DNA of 64,000 bases from Hormiphora californensis. Lineage: Eukaryota; Animalia; Ctenophora. The notes beneath the pieces were generated by a model. It ran no database searches, had not been told where the DNA came from, and was given only the letters and a program-made list of their open reading frames with translations. This document shows positions 56,817-64,000 of this stretch, piece after piece. The number at the start of each line of letters is the position of its first letter. The stretch's first letter is position 1. A program made the position numbers and the translations under genes. Where the stretch lies: positions 4,898,001 through 4,962,000 of the forward strand of contig CM035351.1 in the NCBI GenBank assembly GCA_020137815.1, in the 5' to 3' direction.

Positions 56817-57207
56817 GTGTTCACATTACTAATGTCATATGTATATCAGAGCTGCACTGTCTGAGTATCAATATATTGTGGACATGATCAAACTATAGCA
56901 CCAGACATAACTGAATAGTGAATGGGATAACTTCTCAATAGTGGTGCCAGACCCCAATTTGATTCGACAGACAGCTCAACAGCCACTGTCAAAAAACTCT
57001 TTGAATATCAAAAATAGAACGTCGAGTGCGTACTAGTACTATTAGGACATCGCTAAACGTGTTTTGAACTCTTCTTGATTTCACCATTTTCTCTTCAAAT
57101 ACCCATATATTCATGATTATTAAATTATGAAACATCTTCAAATCTTTAAATCAAATATGTAAAACAGTCCGTGCCATTTAGCGTCCATATTGTTCATTTC
57201 TAGTTGT

Positions 57208-60035
57208 TCATGACAGTGACGCCTTCAGATAATGAGCCCATGGCTCTGTGGGGCTCTGTGGTGGCCTCAATGGTTCTGTTGGTATCCTACTTGATCCGGG
57301 GATTTCTGGAGCTGTCAAGCATTCGTCCCACTCTCTCCTGAGGACGACAGGGTGGTTAGAATTATAGGGTTCGGGGTTTGAACAAGGGGTGGGGGGTTGG
57401 ACTTGCCTAATATTATCAGGGGACGAGGGGGATATTATGGATGGGCCGAGGGCTTTGGAAACGTTCCAATAACATTCTATAGACTAGGCAGATTCTGCAG
57501 CTGCAGAAGTTAACGTTTCATAATTTTATTGTTCTCCGGTGCTGAATCTATATCTCAGAACTATATCTGCAGCACCCAATGTGCACATTGTTCAAAGAAT
57601 TGTTTTACAGTGACGCGAAATGAATACAATGCTAACAAAAGGGTTAAGATTCTGTCGCAGCTTGACTTGTGATTGATAGATAGATACAAAGTTTTTGCAT
57701 CATTTTGAAATGTGATGGGGAGGGAGTGCATATTGGTTATAACCATCTGTATACAGATGCATGCAGCCTACTGCTGCAGTGTTGGACGGATGGGTATATA
57801 ACATGCGAGGTGTTACATTTGAATTCCTACAACAACAATAACAACAGTGGGACGAATATATTCCATCCCATCTCACACCTAGTGGACCGCCCAGTCCCAC
57901 TGCTGCAGCCTGCATTCACACCTAGTGACATATACAGTTGGACAGAGAATTCACAGGACACACGTAATCATGGTGCATGTGATATTGTTATGGAACTGAC
58001 ACGTGATCAAAGAAAGCATCATGTGGGTCACGAACAGTTAACAGTTGATGTTGTGCGGAGGGTAGCACTGGGTAGAAAAGGGCCGGGTCTGTCAGAAACT
58101 TCTTAGATCTGGGTGACTGGGCGGTAAACGTTGGTAATGAAATTACCCGTGCGGCGCAAGCTCACAGGGTGACTTCGTAGTTCGTAACCAACGGTAGACG
58201 CCACAGACAGAGAGGGGATTGGAGGACATGATATATGGTGGGGCTATACCTTATCTTGACAAGAGTTCGTGGATTGTAGTGGATTTCCAGGGCAACACTG
58301 CTGTAATCAATCACTGAAATAATAGTCAGTGAGATGCAGATCAGAACACCTTACCCAGGATCAGATCTCGCATACTACCCGCCACACAGAGAGATATAGA
58401 TGGAGACAAAGCGAGAGAACCCCTTGGCCCTTACCCTTGTCCGGGAGGCGCTCCAGTTTACGTAACTTCTTCTCCACTCCCCAAATGTCCGCATCCGTTG
58501 CTTCCATCAGCACCTTCAACGTCTTCTCTTCCGCGTAAAATGTCTGAAGAGAGAGTGTCATTCGAGAACAACAAATTTCTCAAACCGTCACCGCACACAT
58601 GTTATATGTGTATTGTGCAGTCATCGCACTGCGGTGTTGTTTTTAGAAATGTGTTAGATTTAAGAAACACGACATGTGTGAGCTGTGCCACTTCTTTATT
58701 CTACAGAAAACACCATGTGTGAACCTCCATCACTCTACGGAAACATCGCCCATCAGTTGTTCAATCAAGAGAAAAAAATGGATACCAGGATACAGAATGG
58801 ACACAAAGTCAAAAGTGACGGCTACGTGTAAACTAAAAAAAAACACGGCGAAGTCTTTGGACGGCCGTCGAAAAAGGATAATTTCATTGGCCCACCTCTG
58901 AGAGCTACTGAGGGTGCGGCAATTCTATATTCTAGAGCACCACGTGTCTTGGCTCCTCATCGTTGCGTGGGGGGTTGTGGGATGCAATCAATTCATTTGG
59001 TAGCTTGCTCTCTATAAAAGCAAGACCCTCATGTTTATGCTCAGTTATGTGTGCTTGCTAAATAGCTATCCGAATATAATACAACATATAACAGCTGCAT
59101 TCTAGGTTTTTTAGAGCACGAGCAATCTGTTTTCTAATAGTTGGTGGCCATCCATAGACTAGCCAATATATATCCCCGATAGGTCTTAAAACGACACACT
59201 GTTTTGTGAAATCTAGGAATTCATGCCACCCAGTTGTGCAACTATCTGGCTCTCACATTTCACAATTTGTATATATCCTCAATAAATAGTTTTACGTTGT
59301 AGTTGATGAAAGTTTGAAATGAAAAAGTCGCAATTACCTCGAGATTATCACGAATAACTCTCTTTATCTTGTCCACGTTCGTTGAGAAACGCTCTTCTAC
59401 ATTGGGCTCAATGAAGGTGCCTGAAAAGATACACGTGCCTAGGGAGATAGAGAGGGAGAGATAGAGAGGGAGAGGTAGAGGTGAAAAGAGAGGGAGAGAT
59501 AGAGAGGAAGGAGAGAAAATGGGCCATTGGGAGATGGTTGAAAAATTCAATCAAGCCTCCATCTGTTCACTGCTATAGGGTGAATGAGATGAGGTATCTG
59601 TCTCTCTGCCTTTCTCTCACTCTCTCCCTCTCTGTCTCCCTCACTCTCTCTCTCTCTCTTTATCTCTCTCTTTCTCTCTCTCTCTGTCTCTCTCTCCCTC
59701 TCTTTTGCATGCTCACCGCCCATCTATTTTCGACATGTTTTTTCTCTCCTCTCTGAACCTACTCCAGCACAGTAGGCCCAATTGATTAATCAGTCTAACA
59801 TAGATCATGAAGTCCAGATGGTTTTCCTAGAGTTAGAAAATACTAGAGAGGGGGAGGACTAGGAGAGAGTGACATGAAACTAACCGTGTCTTCTAGCTGC
59901 CTGTTGCTTTCTCAAGTCTCTCAGTTCAACCAGCAACTTCACTGTATCAAGGAGTCGTCTTGTGTTTCTCTGCTTCTGGAGAACTTGCCTTAGCGTGTGG
60001 CCTGCCGTGCTCCGTACCTCTTGCTCCTGATATGA

Positions 60036-60084
<49 letters not shown>

Positions 60085-61427
60085 GAGAGAGAGAGAAAGA
60101 GAGAGAGGGATAGATAGAGAGGGATAGATGGAGTTGGAAATTGGAAAAATATCTCATAGAGATGGAAACGAGAAAGTTGTTAGCTGTTATGTCAAGAATA
60201 TACCAGTGCTAATTACAACAAGTTCAGGACTTGTTGCAGATACCACGTACAATTCTCCCTACCTTTAGCTTTTTACTCTCGCCAGCCTAACATTGTTGCC
60301 CGCCAGTGATCTATTTCCAGGGCCAGGGCTGATATTTTGGCAGTTTCTCGCGGCGCTGCTTGTGGACGTCTGAGGTGCTGTGGTTGCGGTTCGGTGTCCC
60401 ATCAACCTTCGCAATCTCTTGACATTGGTAACTGTGCATACCGCAGGCTATAGTGTCTCCGGATTCCTCCTGGAATGAATTTATATTGCAATAAACGGGC
60501 TCTACCACATGCGGCAATAAACCTGTCAATGGATCTGTCTAGGTACCCGACACTAGTGTAGGGGCAACCCAGTATTTAACCTACTACTAACTATTCTGCA
60601 ATTTCTAACTCGATACACATTTGTAATTTCACACTTCTGAACTCACCAGTTTTTTAGCTAGATCCTCCTGCTGTAAATCAGATTTACAATTCTCCAACAG
60701 CTTATACACATTGGATAACTTCTTTAGTGTCTCGGCTACCTGTTGGGGCGGGGGTAGAAAACTGGGGTATTAATTGCGATTAATGGGGGCCTACCCGAGG
60801 AAAACAATCCCGTGACTCGTCATACTCGCTTATTAATTAAATAGGTTCCTTTCTCCTACTACTCAGTCGGACCCCGATTTAGTGGCCCCCGATTCAGTGG
60901 CAGGATTTTTCCCTCGATATAGGAAATTAACATTATTTGACCCCGATTTAGTTGACACCCCGATTTAGTGGACAAAACCCTTTCCCCCGAGGATGCCACT
61001 AAATCGGGGTCCGACTGTACTACTAACCGTCATCTTAGAGTCATCCTTCCTACGTCTTGTCACTCTGTGCTCAAAATTCTTTAGAAAGTTTCTGTCCTCT
61101 GCTTCTAATTTGAATCTCCTTCGTTTCATGTGAACCGGCAGCCCTGTAACGATTGTCAGCGCTAGAGTTTGAAAGCCCTCAGGGTGAGAAATGTGCGCGC
61201 GTTTTGCGCGGATAACCTATGGGGCGATGTTTCGCGCGCGACGCACTTGGAAAGAAAAACAGTTCTTTGCAGTTACACACACAAAGCAATAAACCACAAT
61301 CCCGGTTTGAGATCTGGGACTTCCATTTTCCAAAAACAATACACCCGTTCTACATTTTCTAAGAAAGATTTGTTATGGTGGTACATACCAGGAAATCGAG
61401 AATATGGGCATGCTGGATTCATCATCA
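57208..61427 (-). CDS. PDCD7: PDCD7 / U11 snRNP 59K-like protein, multi-exon, with apparent frameshifts
   Basis: EIDHWRATM..EQEVRSTAGHTLRQVLQKQRNTRRLLDTVKLLVELRDLRKQQAARRHG..EERFSTNVDKIKRVI..FYAEEKTLKVLME..LVKIRREWDECL..GSSRIP..W resembles the PDCD7 C-terminus; 5' end approximate. Confidence 0.7.
60864..61017. mobile_element. 154-bp MITE with CAGT termini (Tc1/pogo-like) in a PDCD7 intron
   Basis: Perfect 23-bp TIR CAGTCGGACCCCGATTTAGTGGC; internal CCCCGATTTAGT repeats; TA on the right flank only. Confidence 0.7.
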
Positions 61428-61807
61428 TATTGCTACAAGGGAGAGAAGGAGGGCTCGTTAGGTTTAATAGGCCTAAACTTGTTTATGTTGATGTTTGAAT
61501 ATTAATTAAAAATGGAAATATATAAATTCATTAATTCTGAATATCAAGGTCACTGGGGGTCAACAGAACCAGGGGGGTCACGGGTGGAAGGCAGGAAGAA
61601 TACAGAGAGGGATAGAGAGAAGAAGATGGAAAGGGAGTGAGAGAGAAGGAGAGAGGAGAGTGTGTCTAATACTCGTGATTAAACAAACAATAATCACTCT
61701 GATTGGAGCAAGGGGCCACCGGCCTCAGGTAAGAGAGGGAGGGAGGAGAAGAGAAGAAGAGAAAGAGAGAGAGAGAGAGAGGAGAGAGAGCGAGAGAGAG
61801 AGAGAGA

Positions 61808-61844
<37 letters not shown>

Positions 61845-62748
61845 GAAGGAAAAGAAGGAGGAGGAGGGAAAGGGGGGAAACCCGAAGAGGAGAAGAGAGG
61901 AAGGAAACAGAGAAGAAGGGAAAAAATAGAGAACGGGAAAAGTGGGAAAAGATGGCGGTAGCATTTTTTTCGTTTCCGCGTAACCATGTGCGCTATCTAG
62001 CAAACCCGCAAATAAAATTCCCTTCATCTATCGTGCTATATTGTTTGGGTAGTGGTCCTACAAACCCGCAGCCTGCTTGTACGTTCCGGCGTCCATCTTG
62101 TTGGTTTTGAGAACAGGATTGTTTTCGAGTAGTCCTCGTCTTCTAAGAAGACGGGCCCCAGGCCCAAAAAAAAAAGAGCCCAAAAAGGAAAGAAAGGGGG
62201 GCCCCCAAGGGGGGAAAAAAAAAGGGGGGGGGGGGGGGGGGGGGCGGAAAAGGTTGAAAAAAAGGGGGGAGGGGGGAAAGAACAAAAGGAAAGAGTGGAG
62301 AAGGGAAGAAGGGGAAAGAGAAGTAGAGAGAAGAGAGAGAGAAGAGAGGAAGGGAGGAAGATGCAGCGAGAGAGAGAATACCTTGAGAAAAAGAGAGATA
62401 GAGAGTATGGAGAAGGAGAGAGAGAGATGGAGTAAGAGGGAGAGAGAGGAGAGAGAGAGAGAGAGGAGGAGAGAGAGAGAGAGAGAGAGAGAAGAGAGAG
62501 AGCGAAGAGAGAGAGAGAGGAAGAGAAGAGATGAGAGAGAGAGAGAGAGAAGAGAGAGAGAGGGGAAGAGAGATAAGGAGAGAGAAGAGAGAGAGAGGAG
62601 AGAGGAGAGAAGATAGCACTTCTCTATCATCACGCGTTATCCCAGTAAGACCATGTGCATGCAGCATTCTGTAACGCTGCAAAACTAGCAAACATAGGCC
62701 CAATCTCTCTACCTCTCTCTCTTTCTATCGCTACAATCCCGTCACATA

Positions 62749-64000
62749 TTATTCGCTTGTTTTACGTCTCTTTGTGTCTGGTTCCAGTTTCAGTTGTTTC
62801 TGTTTTTTCCCTGCTGTAGCCTCCTTTTCCACTTTATTAGCCCCAAATGCAGCCTTCATTTTCCCCATATTCGCCTTGCTAATAGTACTGTGCTCCACAA
62901 TGGGTTTTGGGTAGTCTGTACCTATAACACACCCTGCAGCCCGCTGGGTCACTATGGGCGCTGTCCACGGCTCGTAGATATACTTGTCGGGCATTTTGGA
63001 GAGAACAGGAACATGTTTTCTGATGTAGTCCCCACTCGGGTCAGTCTTTTTGAAGAACGCAACAGGGCTGTAACACCTGTAGTACATGTGAAAGAATGCG
63101 CTGCAGCTCATCCAATGCCAAGAGAAATTATTAATTGACCAATCAGCATCAAGAAGATATTTCTCAAACACATCCCTGCCACTCTCCCATGTTATCCATA
63201 GATCACCTCTAGTCAGGAAACACGCCACTAGGTGCCTCGCTAAATGGTGCATCCAGCCCTCTGTACGGAGCTGGTTCATTACAGCATCAACAGCTGGATA
63301 CCCAGTTTGTCCCATCTCCCACCTCTCCAAATCTCCCTTCACCTCCTCTCCCTCTCTCCATGGTATCTGCCTGCAAATAGGGTTATCTCTCATCTGCTGG
63401 AAGTTGGGCGAGGAATACCCGATAAGATAGGCCAGTTCTCTCCAGTAGAGCTGTCCGACTAGAGATACAGGTGGAGCGGTGTGTTTAGTACCTTTCAGAA
63501 CCTCCTTGAGATCATAATAAAATACCCTGACACTCAGACTACCAAGAGTTACATACGGAGATAGGGCTGTTGTGTCCGGTTCAAGAGCGGTGGGGAGAGT
63601 CTTAGGTTTCTCAAACTCTATAACCCGCCTCTTTTGGGCCATGAACTCAGATAGAGACTTGAGCGCCTCCTTCTCCCCCGCTTTGAACCAACTCGTGTAG
63701 GTGTCGGTATACCCCAGATCGACCAGGGAGAGAATAGTCCCACCCTCACATTCAGGTGCCGGAGGGAGGGAGGTCGGGGCAGGGATAGGTTTCCGAGGTT
63801 CACCCGCCTTTTTAGCAAGGGCCTGAAAAACTGTCATTGTGAGAGGTGTTTTACCATTAGCGTGTGTTAGCAGAAATTCAGGATCATATAAGGTATGACC
63901 CCAGGTACTGAACACCTCAATACCACGCTCCTTACACCCCTCTATCAGTCTCTCATCCATTTCCCTGTGATAGGGCTCAGTGGCCCTCTCAAACGTTACA
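62749..64000 (-). CDS. (6-4) DNA photolyase / animal cryptochrome family, 5'-truncated by the window end
   Basis: FEKPKT, TTALSPY, PPVSLVGQLYWRE, GWMHHLARHLVACFLTRGDLW, LLDADWSIN, WMSCSAFF; the catalytic His pair typical of (6-4) photolyases is retained; frame open to 64000. Confidence 0.93.
   Translation of the reverse strand, partial: VTFERATEPYHREMDERLIEGCKERGIEVFSTWGHTLYDPEFLLTHANGKTPLTMTVFQALAKKAGEPRKPIPAPTSLPPAPECEGGTILSLVDLGYTDTYTSWFKAGEKEALKSLSEFMAQKRRVIEFEKPKTLPTALEPDTTALSPYVTLGSLSVRVFYYDLKEVLKGTKHTAPPVSLVGQLYWRELAYLIGYSSPNFQQMRDNPICRQIPWREGEEVKGDLERWEMGQTGYPAVDAVMNQLRTEGWMHHLARHLVACFLTRGDLWITWESGRDVFEKYLLDADWSINNFSWHWMSCSAFFHMYYRCYSPVAFFKKTDPSGDYIRKHVPVLSKMPDKYIYEPWTAPIVTQRAAGCVIGTDYPKPIVEHSTISKANMGKMKAAFGANKVEKEATAGKKQKQLKLEPDTKRRKTSE

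Overview
Eukaryotic (animal) genomic DNA with short GT-AG introns, (GA)n microsatellites, one 100-N gap and several low-quality stretches. The overall style suggests an early-branching metazoan, possibly a ctenophore; this is an inference, not verified. Bases 1-24.5 kb form a very compact housekeeping cluster: CHMP2A, NTMT1, TONSL, LTA4H and RPS9 on the minus strand; ENGase, ALKBH4, a rhodanese and XPO6 on the plus strand. Two tandem PH-domain genes are nested antisense in an XPO6 intron, and two candidate H/ACA snoRNAs lie in TONSL introns. Bases 25-38 kb are mostly non-coding or poor quality. A multi-exon class A GPCR with the aminergic D3.32/W7.40 signature (38.2-41.7 kb) lies tail-to-tail with the most striking locus. 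That locus is a minus-strand secreted precursor gene (42.3-48.2 kb) with KR-flanked ShK-like domains and an apparently alternative terminal exon encoding 49 Gln...Gly-bounded putative pyroGlu/amidated peptides (QIGRV-G, QIGRP-G, QLGRV-G, QWTHP-G and others). It has up to three candidate signal-peptide first exons. Further on are a young non-autonomous LTR element with a nested foldback element, several MITEs, a frameshifted PDCD7-like gene and the 3' part of a (6-4) photolyase. All homology calls come from recognising motifs by eye, not from database searches.
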